A DNA stretch of 33,352 nt from Candidatus Velthaea sp. (GTDB lineage: Bacteria; Vulcanimicrobiota; Vulcanimicrobiia; Vulcanimicrobiales; Vulcanimicrobiaceae). Shown here in pieces: positions 1 through 9,764 of this stretch. Where the stretch lies: NCBI GenBank assembly GCA_050012475.1, contig JBEKHC010000054.1, forward strand, positions 1 through 33,352, read 5' to 3'. Under the pieces are notes generated by a model. The model saw only the letters and a list, made by a program, of their open reading frames with translations, made no database searches and was not told the origin of the DNA. The stretch's first letter is position 1; each line of letters begins with the position of its first letter. Made by a program: the position numbers and the translations under genes.

Positions 1-4
1 GCCC

Positions 5-114
5 AACGCCACGGCTTCGGCGCAGCCGAACGCAAATGCCATCTGCGGCTCGGCCAAATGCCATCTGCGGCTCGGCGCGAAGCGCCGAACGCCACGGGTT
101 CGGCGCAGCCGAAC
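5..114. repeat. REP-like palindromic repeat cluster
   Basis: 27-nt repeat AACGCCACGG(C/G)TTCGGCGCAGCCGAAC at 5-31 and 88-114 (1 mismatch); exact 22-nt tandem duplication CAAATGCCATCTGCGGCTCGGC at 33-54 and 55-76; hairpin TCGGCGC-GAA-GCGCCGA at 72-88. Confidence 0.75.
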
Positions 115-188
115 CCTGCAGGGTGAACGCCTGTTTTCGCCGGAGAAAGCTCTCATAATCCGTGTTGGATTCTGGTGAAAGGTTTCTT

Positions 189-1193
189 ATGACTGGACGT
201 GCTGGACTTCTACGCACCGCTGCTCGGATCGGCGCGGGTGTCACCGCTGCCGCATTGTTATCCTCGAGCAGTTTGTTTCTGCCTCATCCCGCGGCCGCTC
301 AAAACAAAGTGTCCGTCGCTCTCATCGTCAAGACGCTGAGCAATCCGTTCTTCGTCGCGATGGGTGCCGCTGCAAAAGACGAAGCGGCGAAGAAAAACGT
401 TACCCTGATCTACGAGGCCGGCAAATACGACGGCGACAACGCGACGCAGATGTCGGAGATGGACGATCTCGTGACCCGCGGCGTCAAGACGATCGCGCTG
501 GTGCCGAACCTTTCGGCAGGCATCGTGCCGGCGGTCAAGCGCGCCCAGGCTGCCGGGGTGCGGGTGCTGGCCATCGATACGGCGCTCGATCCACCCGATC
601 TCAGCGACAGTTTCATCGCGACCGACAACTTGAAGGCCGGAATTCTCAACGGCAAATGGGCGAAGGACGCGCTGGGAACGCAAACCGCGAAGATCGCTTT
701 GCTCGAAGGGACGCCGGGCGGCGAAGTTAACTCCGACCGCATGAACGGGTTTCTCCAAGGCTTCGGCGACCCCGGTCGCAAGCTGGTGGTAGCCGACGAG
801 ATCACCAACGGCGACCAAGGCAAAGGCCAAACGGCGATGGAGAACGTGCTCAACGCCCATCCCGACGTCAACTTGGTCTGGACGGTCAACGAACCGGCCG
901 CGCTCGGCGCCGCGACGGCCATTCGGGCCCGCGGCTTGGGCGGCAAGATCAAGATCGTTTCGATGGACGGCGGCTGCCGCGGCGTCAAAGCCGTGCAGGA
1001 AGGGCTCATCGACACCGACGTGATGCAATTCCCGAAAAAGATGGCAGTAACCGCCGTCGACCTGGCCGTCGACGTAGCGGCCGGTAAGACCGTTCCCAAA
1101 CGCGTCGACACGGGTGAACTGCTCGTCACCAAGACGTCGACCGAGGGCGACGGCACCGAAACGCTGGACTTCGGACTCGCGAACTGCTGGTGA
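189..1193 (+). CDS. frcB: Sugar ABC transporter substrate-binding protein (FrcB-like, fructose/ribose/mannose class)
   Basis: Signal peptide ending AAA-Q; KTLSNPFF, AGKYDGD, IATDN, DGGCRGV motifs and C-terminal GLANCW resemble FrcB. ATG 189 chosen for upstream GAAAGG. Confidence 0.8.
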   Translation: MTGRAGLLRTAARIGAGVTAAALLSSSSLFLPHPAAAQNKVSVALIVKTLSNPFFVAMGAAAKDEAAKKNVTLIYEAGKYDGDNATQMSEMDDLVTRGVKTIALVPNLSAGIVPAVKRAQAAGVRVLAIDTALDPPDLSDSFIATDNLKAGILNGKWAKDALGTQTAKIALLEGTPGGEVNSDRMNGFLQGFGDPGRKLVVADEITNGDQGKGQTAMENVLNAHPDVNLVWTVNEPAALGAATAIRARGLGGKIKIVSMDGGCRGVKAVQEGLIDTDVMQFPKKMAVTAVDLAVDVAAGKTVPKRVDTGELLVTKTSTEGDGTETLDFGLANCW

Positions 1194-2182
1194 GCGAAAC
1201 CGCGAGCGTCGCGCGCCCGGGCGGTCTGTCGGCGATCGGCAGCATCCGCGGCGCGCGCACGCTCGGGCCCCTCGTTGGACTCATCATCTTGTGCATCATC
1301 TTCGGATCGTTTGCGCCGGTCTTCTTGACCCCGCGCAACCTCATCCAAATCGTGCAGCAAGTGATGGAAGTCGGCACGCTGGCGGTCGGGCAGACGCTCA
1401 TCATCCTGACCGCCGGCATCGACCTCTCCAACGGCGCGATCATGGTGCTCGGCTCGATCGTCATGGCCAAGCTCGCTGTTGCGGCGGGCGTGCCCGCGCC
1501 GCTCGCGATTCTCGCCGGTCTGCTCGTTACCACGCTGTTGGGCTTGCTTAACGGCTTGATCATCGCGCTCTTCCGGGTGCCGCCGTTCGTCGCGACACTC
1601 GGGATGCTCAACCTCGCGTACGCGACGACGCTGCTCTACAGCGGTCAGGCGTCGGTCGACAACCTGCCGCCCGGACTGCTCATCCTCGACGCCCACATTT
1701 CGATCGGAACGTTTTTACTGCCCATCGGCCCGCTGGTGATGCTCGCCGTCATCGCGGTCATGTGGTATTTGCTCAACCAAACCGGTTGGGGTCGCCACAT
1801 CTACGCGTTCGGCAACAACGTCGAGGCGGCGCGGCTCACCGGCATCAACGTCACCCGCTTGCAGATCTCGGCCTATCTTTCCGCGGGCATCATCTACGGC
1901 ATCGCAGCGCTGCTGGTTCTCGGACGAACGACGGTCGGCGACCCCAACGCCGGGCAAACCGACAATCTGGACAGCATCACCGCCGTCGTCATCGGCGGGA
2001 CGAGCCTGTTCGGCGGACGCGGCGGCGTGATCGGCACGCTCATCGGCGCACTCATCGTGGGCGTGCTGCGCAACGGATTGACGCTCGTGGGCGTCGAGGC
2101 GCTGTGGCAGACCTTCGCCACCGGCATCATCGTGATCGTCGCGGTTGCGGCCGACGAAGCGACGCGGCGCAAACGCGCATGA
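1190..2182 (+). CDS. frcC: Sugar ABC transporter permease (FrcC-like)
   Basis: Hydrophobic; GQTLIILTAGIDLS, GDPNAGQTDNLDSITAVVIGGTSLFGGRG; GTGA overlap with the previous stop. Confidence 0.85.
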   Translation: MSETASVARPGGLSAIGSIRGARTLGPLVGLIILCIIFGSFAPVFLTPRNLIQIVQQVMEVGTLAVGQTLIILTAGIDLSNGAIMVLGSIVMAKLAVAAGVPAPLAILAGLLVTTLLGLLNGLIIALFRVPPFVATLGMLNLAYATTLLYSGQASVDNLPPGLLILDAHISIGTFLLPIGPLVMLAVIAVMWYLLNQTGWGRHIYAFGNNVEAARLTGINVTRLQISAYLSAGIIYGIAALLVLGRTTVGDPNAGQTDNLDSITAVVIGGTSLFGGRGGVIGTLIGALIVGVLRNGLTLVGVEALWQTFATGIIVIVAVAADEATRRKRA

Positions 2183-2994
2183 GCGCTTCGGCGAACGGCC
2201 GCGTCCCGGTCTTGTCCGCGCGCGGCTTGGTGAAACGCTACGGGCACGTCGTGGCGCTCGACGGCGCCGACTTCGAGATCTACGACAACGAAATCGTCGC
2301 GGTCGTCGGCGACAACGGGGCCGGAAAATCATCGTTGATCAAAGCGTTGTCCGGCGCGTTGATCCCCGACGCGGGCGAAATCCGGGCCGGCGACGACGTG
2401 ATCCACCTGCGCGGCCCCAAGGACGCGCGCCGGCTGGGCATCGAGACCGTGTACCAGGACCTCGCCATGGCGCCCGCGCTCGACATCTCGACCAATCTGT
2501 TCTTGGGCCGCGAGATCCGCCGCCCGGGTTTGTGGGGCAGCCTGTTCCGCGCGCTCGACGCGCCGCGCATGCGCAAAGAAGCAGCGGAACATCTGAGCGG
2601 GCTCAAGATCGGCATTCGTTCGATCCGGCAAAGCGTTGAAACGTTGTCGGGCGGTCAGCGTCAGGGCGTGGCCGTCGCGCGCGCCGTCTCGTGGGGCACG
2701 CGCTGCGTCATCATGGACGAACCGACCGCGGCGCTGGGCGTCAAAGAAACGGGGATGGTGCTCGAGCTCATCCGGCACGTCAAGGCGCGCGGCGTGCCGG
2801 TCATTCTCATCAGCCACAACATGCCGAATGTGTTTGAAGTCGCCGACCGCATCTCGGTGATGCGGTTGGGCAAACGCGTCGGCATCGCGCGCCCCGGCGA
2901 GCAGACGATGCAAGACGTGGTCGCGATGATGACCGGCGCGTCACGTGAAAGCGTCGCCGAACTCACCACCGAAGGCACGACGCATAACGCCTAA
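2179..2994 (+). CDS. frcA: Sugar ABC transporter ATP-binding protein, single domain (FrcA-like)
   Basis: Walker A GDNGAGKS, signature LSGGQRQ, Walker B IMDEPT, H-loop ISH; ATGA overlap at 2179-2182. Confidence 0.85.
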   Translation: MSASANGRVPVLSARGLVKRYGHVVALDGADFEIYDNEIVAVVGDNGAGKSSLIKALSGALIPDAGEIRAGDDVIHLRGPKDARRLGIETVYQDLAMAPALDISTNLFLGREIRRPGLWGSLFRALDAPRMRKEAAEHLSGLKIGIRSIRQSVETLSGGQRQGVAVARAVSWGTRCVIMDEPTAALGVKETGMVLELIRHVKARGVPVILISHNMPNVFEVADRISVMRLGKRVGIARPGEQTMQDVVAMMTGASRESVAELTTEGTTHNA

Positions 2995-3147
2995 CGCAGA
3001 CGGGCTCCGATGAACATGAGATACGTCGTAGCGCGGACCACGCTACATCTCGGTTCGCGGTCATCTTCGTTGACGTTGAGCGACTTCGATGTTTTTGCCT
3101 TGCACAGATTCGGGAGCGGCGAGTCGGGTGGCCGAAGCCGGCTCAAG

Positions 3148-3306
3148 TCAGGAATTCGAGATCGAAAAGTCGCGGTCAAATGCGGCACTCGACGCCGCGG
3201 ATTGCGCGCGGCTGCGGTGACGGTCGCAGCGAACCCAGGCGAATGGTCCGACCTCGGCGTCGATGTAGTCGACGGTGCAACCGCACGGCCACGTCCCACG
3301 GAACAT
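3148..3306 (-). CDS. Possible small Cys/His protein (52 aa), not in ORF track
   Basis: Manual translation MFRGTWPCGCTVDYIDAEVGPFAWVRCDRHRSRAQSAASSAAFDRDFSISNS; frame is open upstream to a TAG at 3382-3384. Confidence 0.3.
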   Translation of the reverse strand: MFRGTWPCGCTVDYIDAEVGPFAWVRCDRHRSRAQSAASSAAFDRDFSISNS

Positions 3307-3532
3307 GAACGGCGTATTCGGCGACAAAAGCGGCGTTCGATCCTGCGCAGGTCCGAGGACGCGAAAGATATCGTCGATGTGCTAACTCCGTGGAACGAGC
3401 CGAAAGGGACGGTCGTCCGCACCCAATAGACGCCGCACGGCCAAGAGCCGGTTCCCACACCCACGAGACTGTCCGGCTTGTCGGACAAACGACGACAGGG
3501 CCAAACGCGAAGGATGCGCGTAGCGCAATCTG

Positions 3533-4891
3533 TTAGCGCTCGACGCGAGGCGGCCGGCGCCGGCGCCGAACCAGCACCACCACGGCGGCGACGACCGCGC
3601 CCAGGACGACGATCGTGGCCGCCGCGGCGGCCCCGACCACGGCCACGCCGCGGCGGGTGAGAAAGCTGAACCCGCCTTCATCGAGACAGTCGCGAAACGC
3701 GGTCGAACTGTACTCCGTCGCTGCGCACCAATACGAGCGCCAATTGCGTTCGTCGACCTCGTGATACGGAGCGTCGCCCATATACAACAGCGCATATTTC
3801 GCGCGCAGTTCTGGTTCGCGCTCGAGGCGCCGCTGCAGATTCACCAGCGCGGGACCCGAAAACTCGCTGACGCCCAACGTTCCCAAGCCGCCGATGTCGC
3901 GCCAATGCCAATTGACGAACGAGTGTTCCTCGAGGTTGCGAATCACGCCGTTGGGAGCGACGTCGGCGCTCAAAAACGACGGCAGATTGCCCAGCACCGG
4001 CGAGATGGCCGGTGAGATCAGCAGCGGCACCGGCGCCGCGCCTTTGCGCTCGACAAGACGATAGGCGAAGCGATGAACGTGTCCGGTGATGACGACTTCG
4101 ATCCGCCGGGCCGGATCCGCGATCAGCCGCAGCACGGCATCGCGCGGCCCCGGCCGCAAGAACGGCACGATTGCCAGCCGGTGCGCGCGGATGTTGGTAG
4201 ACTGGACGTCGATCCCCGGCGGGATGTGCATGACGAGCCAGCGCCGCTCGGTCGCGCCGCGGGTCAGAGCCCGGCCGAGTTCCGCCAACGATTCAGAGCT
4301 GGGCCGGCCGCCCACGCCGCAGCCGTCATGATAGAGCGCCGACCAAAATGCGTTGTCGACGACGACCGCCCGGACACCCGCAAGCGGCAGCTTGGCCGTA
4401 TAAAATCCATAGTGCGGGAACGTGCGCAGGAAATCGGGAGCCGCGCCGTTGCGGTCGACCAGCGGGGCCCACGCTTTGGCGACGGCGAGCAGGAAGCTGG
4501 AGTTCGCCGCGACGCCGTAGTCACCGCAGGGCGAGTCTTCGTTGCCCAGCGCCATGACGAACTGCGCTCGGGGAAAGCGGCGGTTGAAGCGCGCCGCCAA
4601 GTCGATCATCGTCGGCACCGCGCTCGACCGCCGGAAATGGTGCGAGAGAAAATCGCCCGGCATGACGATGACCGGCGGATCGGGAGCGAACCGGTGCATC
4701 TCGTCGAGCAGCGAATCGAGCAGCGCCTTGTCGGTATCGCCGGTGTAATTCGGCGCCCGGTCGCGCGAGCGCGGGTCGAAGTGGACGTCGTTCACGAACA
4801 GCCACGGCTGGGCGGCCTGCGCGCAAGGCGGGAAGACGAGCGCCCCGAGCAGCATGACCAGCGCTCCCGCGGCACGCGCAATCGATCGCAT
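3533..4891 (-). CDS. Exported calcineurin-like metallophosphoesterase (acid sphingomyelinase/SMPDL3-like) with C-terminal membrane anchor
   Basis: Motifs DVHFDP, GDFLSHH, GNED, MHIPPG, GHVH; N-terminal signal peptide (AQA); C-terminal hydrophobic helix followed by poly-Arg. Confidence 0.8.
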   Translation of the reverse strand: MRSIARAAGALVMLLGALVFPPCAQAAQPWLFVNDVHFDPRSRDRAPNYTGDTDKALLDSLLDEMHRFAPDPPVIVMPGDFLSHHFRRSSAVPTMIDLAARFNRRFPRAQFVMALGNEDSPCGDYGVAANSSFLLAVAKAWAPLVDRNGAAPDFLRTFPHYGFYTAKLPLAGVRAVVVDNAFWSALYHDGCGVGGRPSSESLAELGRALTRGATERRWLVMHIPPGIDVQSTNIRAHRLAIVPFLRPGPRDAVLRLIADPARRIEVVITGHVHRFAYRLVERKGAAPVPLLISPAISPVLGNLPSFLSADVAPNGVIRNLEEHSFVNWHWRDIGGLGTLGVSEFSGPALVNLQRRLEREPELRAKYALLYMGDAPYHEVDERNWRSYWCAATEYSSTAFRDCLDEGGFSFLTRRGVAVVGAAAAATIVVLGAVVAAVVVLVRRRRRPPRVER

Positions 4892-4949
4892 TGCCGACTG
4901 ACTTGCGCGACGACGGCTGCGGTCTACTCCCGCGCACGTTGGTCCGCGG

Positions 4950-5909
4950 TTAAAACTCGTTGCGCTGGCGGCCGTACAGCAGGAGCGCAATCAAGATCAC
5001 GACGCCCGAAGCGATACTGCGTCCGGCCTCGCCGATGTTGTATTCCTGCAGCACCGAACGCAGAACGATCAGAAAGATCGCGCCGGCAACGCTGCCCCAA
5101 TAGTTGCCTTTCCCGCCCAGGATGGAGGCGCCGCCGATCACGACGGCCGCGATGCTGTCGAACAGAAACGGATCGCCCATCCCCAGCGTCGCCTGTTGGC
5201 CGAACGCGGCCAAGCCGAAGCCCGCCACCGCCGCGAAGAAGCCGCTGAGCGCGTACACGATGATGGTGACGGCGCGCGTGTCGATCCCCGACAGATAGGT
5301 TGCCAGCGCGTTGTTGCCCAGCGCGTAGATGCGCCGGCCCAACAGCGTCATGCTCAAGACCACGCCGACGCCGGCCGCAACGAGCGCCCACACCAGCAAA
5401 CCGTTAGCGATGCCCGGCAGCAGCTTACCGGTAAACAGCCAAACCACGGCGGGCGGCGCGTACGAATTGCACGCACTGCAAGTGAAGCCGCCGGTCAGCC
5501 CGAGCACTAAGCCTTCCATGATTCCATTCATCGCCAGCGTCATGACGACGGGCGGGATATCGAACAACACGATCCCCAGGCCGTTGAGCGCGCCGACGGT
5601 GATGCCGGCCGCGAGCGCCAGCGGCACCGCCCACCATGCCCGAGCGTTTTCGCCCAACGACATCGTCGTGAGCAGAATCGCCATTGCGTTGAGCACCCAG
5701 GGCACGGACAAATCGATCCCGCCGATGAGCACGACGAAGGTTTGGCCGGCGGCCGCGATGCCGATGAACGAAGCCAGCAGCAGCAGCGTGGCGAGATTTT
5801 CGGGCTGCACGAAACTGGGCCGATAGATGCCGCCCGCGATCACCAGCGCGATCGCCGCTGCGAAAGCCAGGAGCGTTCCGCGCTCGGCGCGCAAGGCGGC
5901 GAAATTCAT
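4950..5909 (-). CDS. Sugar ABC transporter permease
   Basis: GQTFVVLIGGIDLSV, SIAAVVIGGASILGGKG; ATG 5909 overlaps the upstream stop (ATGA). Confidence 0.9.
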   Translation of the reverse strand: MNFAALRAERGTLLAFAAAIALVIAGGIYRPSFVQPENLATLLLLASFIGIAAAGQTFVVLIGGIDLSVPWVLNAMAILLTTMSLGENARAWWAVPLALAAGITVGALNGLGIVLFDIPPVVMTLAMNGIMEGLVLGLTGGFTCSACNSYAPPAVVWLFTGKLLPGIANGLLVWALVAAGVGVVLSMTLLGRRIYALGNNALATYLSGIDTRAVTIIVYALSGFFAAVAGFGLAAFGQQATLGMGDPFLFDSIAAVVIGGASILGGKGNYWGSVAGAIFLIVLRSVLQEYNIGEAGRSIASGVVILIALLLYGRQRNEF

Positions 5910-6901
5910 CGGACGCGCTGCAGCGACCGGCGCACGAGCGTGCTCGCGACCACCGCAATGATGAGAAACAAGCCCTGAAAAAACTCTTGGAGCTGCGTGT
6001 TGACGCCGGCAAAGAAGAGGACGTTGAGCAGCAGCGTGAGGATAAAGGCGCCCGCGAGGCTGCCGATCGCGCTGCCCCGGCCGCCGGCAAGGTTCACGCC
6101 GCCCAGCACGACCGCGGCGATCGACGTGAGCGTAAACGGCGTCCCGCTCGTTGCATCGCCCGAGGTGTTGGCGGCCGCGAAATACAGCCCCGCAGCGCCC
6201 GAACACAGACCGGCGAGCGTGTAGGCGCTGAGCTTCGCACGCGCGATCGGGATGCCGTTGGCGCGTGCCGCGCGCTCGTCGTTCCCGATCGCATAGACGG
6301 TGGTCAGAAAGCGCGTGCTGCGCAACAGTTGCCAGCCCACCACGAACAGCACGAGGAGAATGACGCTGTTCGGCAGCCAGCTCGCAAACGGCAGGGTGCC
6401 GGCCAGAATTGCGGTCAGGACGGGCGGGATCGTGCCGCCCTGTTGCGGCAGCACCAGGAGCGCAATGCCTTCCCAAATCGCCAGCGTCGCCAACGTGACG
6501 ATGATGGGCTGCAGCCTGCCGTAGACGACGAGCAGACCATTGGTAAACCCGGCAAACGCGCCCACGGCCAGCGCCAGCATGCTGACCAGCACGATCGACG
6601 CCGGCGAGTCTTGCATGTAGCGCGCAGCGACGCTATTGGTGACGTCGACGATCCCGCCGACCGATAGATCGATCCCGCCGGTCAGGACGACGAAGGTTTG
6701 GCCGACGGCCGCGAGCCCGACGGACAGCGTGTTGTTGACCGTGGTGAGCAACTCGAAACTGCCCGGCAACCGGCTTTGCTTGACCGTGAAGAGGACCACG
6801 TACAGCACGACCATCGCGAAAAACGTCCCGACGCTCAAGAGCAGCGGCACGTTTTGCACGACGTAGTAGCGCAGGCGCGTCTGCGCCGGCGTGCGACTCA
6901 C
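5906..6901 (-). CDS. Sugar ABC transporter permease
   Basis: GQTFVVLTGGIDLSVG, SIAAVVLGGVNLAGGRGS; GTG 6901 overlaps the ATPase stop. Confidence 0.9.
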   Translation of the reverse strand: MSRTPAQTRLRYYVVQNVPLLLSVGTFFAMVVLYVVLFTVKQSRLPGSFELLTTVNNTLSVGLAAVGQTFVVLTGGIDLSVGGIVDVTNSVAARYMQDSPASIVLVSMLALAVGAFAGFTNGLLVVYGRLQPIIVTLATLAIWEGIALLVLPQQGGTIPPVLTAILAGTLPFASWLPNSVILLVLFVVGWQLLRSTRFLTTVYAIGNDERAARANGIPIARAKLSAYTLAGLCSGAAGLYFAAANTSGDATSGTPFTLTSIAAVVLGGVNLAGGRGSAIGSLAGAFILTLLLNVLFFAGVNTQLQEFFQGLFLIIAVVASTLVRRSLQRVR

Positions 6902-8397
6902 AACGCGACCGGGACGCGAATGGCCGCCGCGACGATCGCTTCGGGCGTCAAGCTGTCGCGCAACTCGCTCACGATCCGGCCTTCGCGCATGATGAGCACG
7001 CGATGACACAAGTGCGCGATCTCTTCGGTGTCGGTGGAATAGAACAAAATCGTCCGCCCTTCTTCGCTCAGCCGGCGGATCAGCCCGTAGATATCGCGCT
7101 TGGTCGCGACGTCGACCCCGCGGGTGATGTCGTAGAGCAGCAACACGCGCGCGTCGGTAAGCAGCCAGCGGCCGATCAACACCTTTTGCTGATTGCCGCC
7201 GCTGAGCGCGCCGACGCGCTGGCCCGGCGTCGGCGTCTTGATCGCCAGACTCGTCACCATCGAATCGACGAGTTCGTCTTCTGCGGTCCGGCGCACGAAG
7301 CCGCCGCGCGACAAGCGTCCCAGCACCGCCAGCGCTAAGTTTTGCCGCACCGAGAGCGGCAGCAGCAGCCCTTCGGTTTTGCGGTCCTCGGGGATGAGCG
7401 CAATTCCGGCCCGGATGGCGTCGTGCGGCGTGCGGATCTTCGTCTCGCGACCGCCGACCCGCACGGTACCGCCGGCGCGCGGCGTCACGCCGAACAAGGT
7501 GAGAAACAACTCGCGTTGGCCCTGGCCGGCCAATCCGCCGATGCCGAGCACTTCGCCGGCGCGGGCCTGAAAAGAAATCGCCGGCACGCCTTTGGCGCTC
7601 AGTCCGTCAACGGCCAGCGCGTCGACCTCCGATCGTACCGGCGTCGGCTTCGGAAACAGCACCTCCAACCGTTGACCGGTCATCCGCTCGACGGCTTCGC
7701 CTTCGCTGAGATCGACGGCGTTGGAGGTGGCGACCCGTTCGCCGTTGCGAAAGACCGTGATGCGATCGGCGATCCCCTTGATCTCGTTCCACCGATGCGA
7801 CGTGAACACGATGCAGACGCCCTCGCTGCGCAGCTGTTTGATGAGCCCGAACAGCCACGCAACACTGTGCTCGGCGAGCGCCGAAGTCGGTTCGTCCATG
7901 AAGACGATGCGCGGCCGGCGTGAAACGGTTTTCACGATTTCCACGATTTGCTGGCGCGCAAGCGACAGATTCCCGACCAATTCGAGCGGCTCGATGCCCG
8001 CGTCGGCACCGATCCCCGCCGCGACGAACAGCTCGCGCGCGCGTTCGGCTACTTTGTTTCGCTGGATGAACGGACCGCGCAGCGGCTCGCGGCCGAGCAT
8101 CACGTTCTCCGCAACCGTCATATACGGCAGCAGCGTCAGCTCCTGAAACACGGTGCCGATCCCGGACGCCAATGCTGCCTGCGGCCGCGCGAACGTCACC
8201 GCCGCGTCGTCGACGCGGATCTCGCCCGAATCCGGCGGGTACAGACCGCTCAGCAGCTTGATGAGCGTGCTCTTCCCCGCACCGTTTTCGCCGACGAGCG
8301 CGTGCACTTCGCCGCCGTCGGCGGCGAACGAGGCACTCCGCAGTGCCTTGACGCCGCCGAACGACTTCGAGAGCGCGATCCCTTCGATCGCCGGCAC
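6898..8397 (-). CDS. Sugar ABC transporter ATP-binding protein, tandem domains (RbsA/MglA family)
   Basis: GENGAGKST, MDEPTSAL, PEDRKTEGL, LSGGNQQKV; GTG start 8397 just after the binding-protein stop. Confidence 0.9.
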   Translation of the reverse strand: MPAIEGIALSKSFGGVKALRSASFAADGGEVHALVGENGAGKSTLIKLLSGLYPPDSGEIRVDDAAVTFARPQAALASGIGTVFQELTLLPYMTVAENVMLGREPLRGPFIQRNKVAERARELFVAAGIGADAGIEPLELVGNLSLARQQIVEIVKTVSRRPRIVFMDEPTSALAEHSVAWLFGLIKQLRSEGVCIVFTSHRWNEIKGIADRITVFRNGERVATSNAVDLSEGEAVERMTGQRLEVLFPKPTPVRSEVDALAVDGLSAKGVPAISFQARAGEVLGIGGLAGQGQRELFLTLFGVTPRAGGTVRVGGRETKIRTPHDAIRAGIALIPEDRKTEGLLLPLSVRQNLALAVLGRLSRGGFVRRTAEDELVDSMVTSLAIKTPTPGQRVGALSGGNQQKVLIGRWLLTDARVLLLYDITRGVDVATKRDIYGLIRRLSEEGRTILFYSTDTEEIAHLCHRVLIMREGRIVSELRDSLTPEAIVAAAIRVPVAL

Positions 8398-8402
8398 GCG
8401 AG

Positions 8403-9515
8403 TTAAGGAAGACGAACGGCGAGCGTGCCCGGGCAAGGCGTGCCGTGGAGAACGGCGTCCTTGCAGATGATGACCGACGCGTTCGGTCCGCTGTCGGTGA
8501 AATCGACGAAGTAGCTGCCGGGCAAATCTTTGAACGTCGTGAGACCTTCCTTGACCGTGTCCTGCGTGACGAACGGGAACGGGATGGTCACATCGGTCTT
8601 GGGATGTTTCCCCTGCAGCACTTGGGTGGCGAGATACAGTGAGATGATGCCCAGGAACGGCGGCTGCCCGATGGATAGCGCCTTGAAGCCTTTGTCTTTG
8701 TACTCGAGCATGTATTGGCGGAAGGCGTTCTCGGCCTCGCCGGCGACCGGAATCGGGAACGGACGTTTGGCGTCCAGCAGCGCGCGAATCACGCCGTCGG
8801 TGCCGCCTTGACACCAGATGCCGTCGATTTTGCCCAGTGACGGCAGCTGCTGGACGGTCGCGCGCTGCGCGACGTCGGAGGCCCATTGGCCGGAGTATTT
8901 GGCGACGATCTTGATGTCGGGATATTTGGAGAACACCTGATCGGCGCCCTTATTGCGATCCTGGTCGACGCCGGTGCCGGCCACGCCGGTCACTTCGATG
9001 ACGTTGCCCTTGCCGTGCAGATTGTCGGCCACGAACTGCGCTAATTTCGCCCCGAACGCGACCTGGTCGGTATTGACTTTGAGCGCGCACGGGTTGGTGA
9101 CGACGGCATCGAACGATACGACCAGAATTCCGGCGTTGCAGGCTTGCGTGATGACGCCGTTGAGCCCGGTGGGTGATGCCGCGTTGAGAACGATCGCATC
9201 GACATGCGACGAGATCAAGTCGTCGATCTGCGCCGTTTGCTTGGAGACGTCGTTGCCCGAACTATATTCGGTGCAGGTCGCGACCGATTTGAGCGGTTCC
9301 ATGGCGCACGCCGCCTTGAACTCGTTGACCATTTCGACGCGCCAGGTATTGCCGATATAGGAATTGCTCAGCGCGATTTTATACGGCGGCGCATGCGTCT
9401 GGGCAATTTGCTGCGGTGCCGCCGATGCACGCGACGATGCCACGAACGTTCCGGCGGCGACGCTCACGGCCAGCGCCGCGGCAATAGCAAGTGGACGGAC
9501 GACCGATCTTTTCAT
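8403..9515 (-). CDS. Sugar ABC transporter substrate-binding protein (periplasmic binding protein type 1)
   Basis: Signal peptide ending ASA; IALSNSYIGNTWR, Q..QIDDLI...VDAI, VVSFD; first gene of the ABC operon. Confidence 0.9.
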   Translation of the reverse strand: MKRSVVRPLAIAAALAVSVAAGTFVASSRASAAPQQIAQTHAPPYKIALSNSYIGNTWRVEMVNEFKAACAMEPLKSVATCTEYSSGNDVSKQTAQIDDLISSHVDAIVLNAASPTGLNGVITQACNAGILVVSFDAVVTNPCALKVNTDQVAFGAKLAQFVADNLHGKGNVIEVTGVAGTGVDQDRNKGADQVFSKYPDIKIVAKYSGQWASDVAQRATVQQLPSLGKIDGIWCQGGTDGVIRALLDAKRPFPIPVAGEAENAFRQYMLEYKDKGFKALSIGQPPFLGIISLYLATQVLQGKHPKTDVTIPFPFVTQDTVKEGLTTFKDLPGSYFVDFTDSGPNASVIICKDAVLHGTPCPGTLAVRLP

Positions 9516-9764
9516 TCGCTCTCCCCCAGTGCTCGAAGACGTCGAGCGGTCAGCGCGAAATTATCTCTTTTTCGACTGCTTCCTATGGTTCTCGCGCTTT
9601 CGCGTACGATTCAAACGCGGCACGTTTCGGAAGCCGCGCGCAGCCTGCGGAAAACACGCATTTTCGCGCACCGCTGCAGCGCGTACCAAGCGCGAGCCGT
9701 GCCGACGGCTCGCTTCCTTCACCCGCGATGGTGCACGTTCGGCGCGAGGCGCCGAATCCTGCAG

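Noticed and set aside
5..114. Possible CRISPR array
   Set aside because: Only two copies of each repeat, the intervening DNA is itself a tandem duplication, and no cas genes are present.
3010..3429. 139-aa plus-strand ORF after frcA
   Set aside because: No ribosome-binding site, atypical codon usage, Arg/Ser-rich composition and no recognisable domain.
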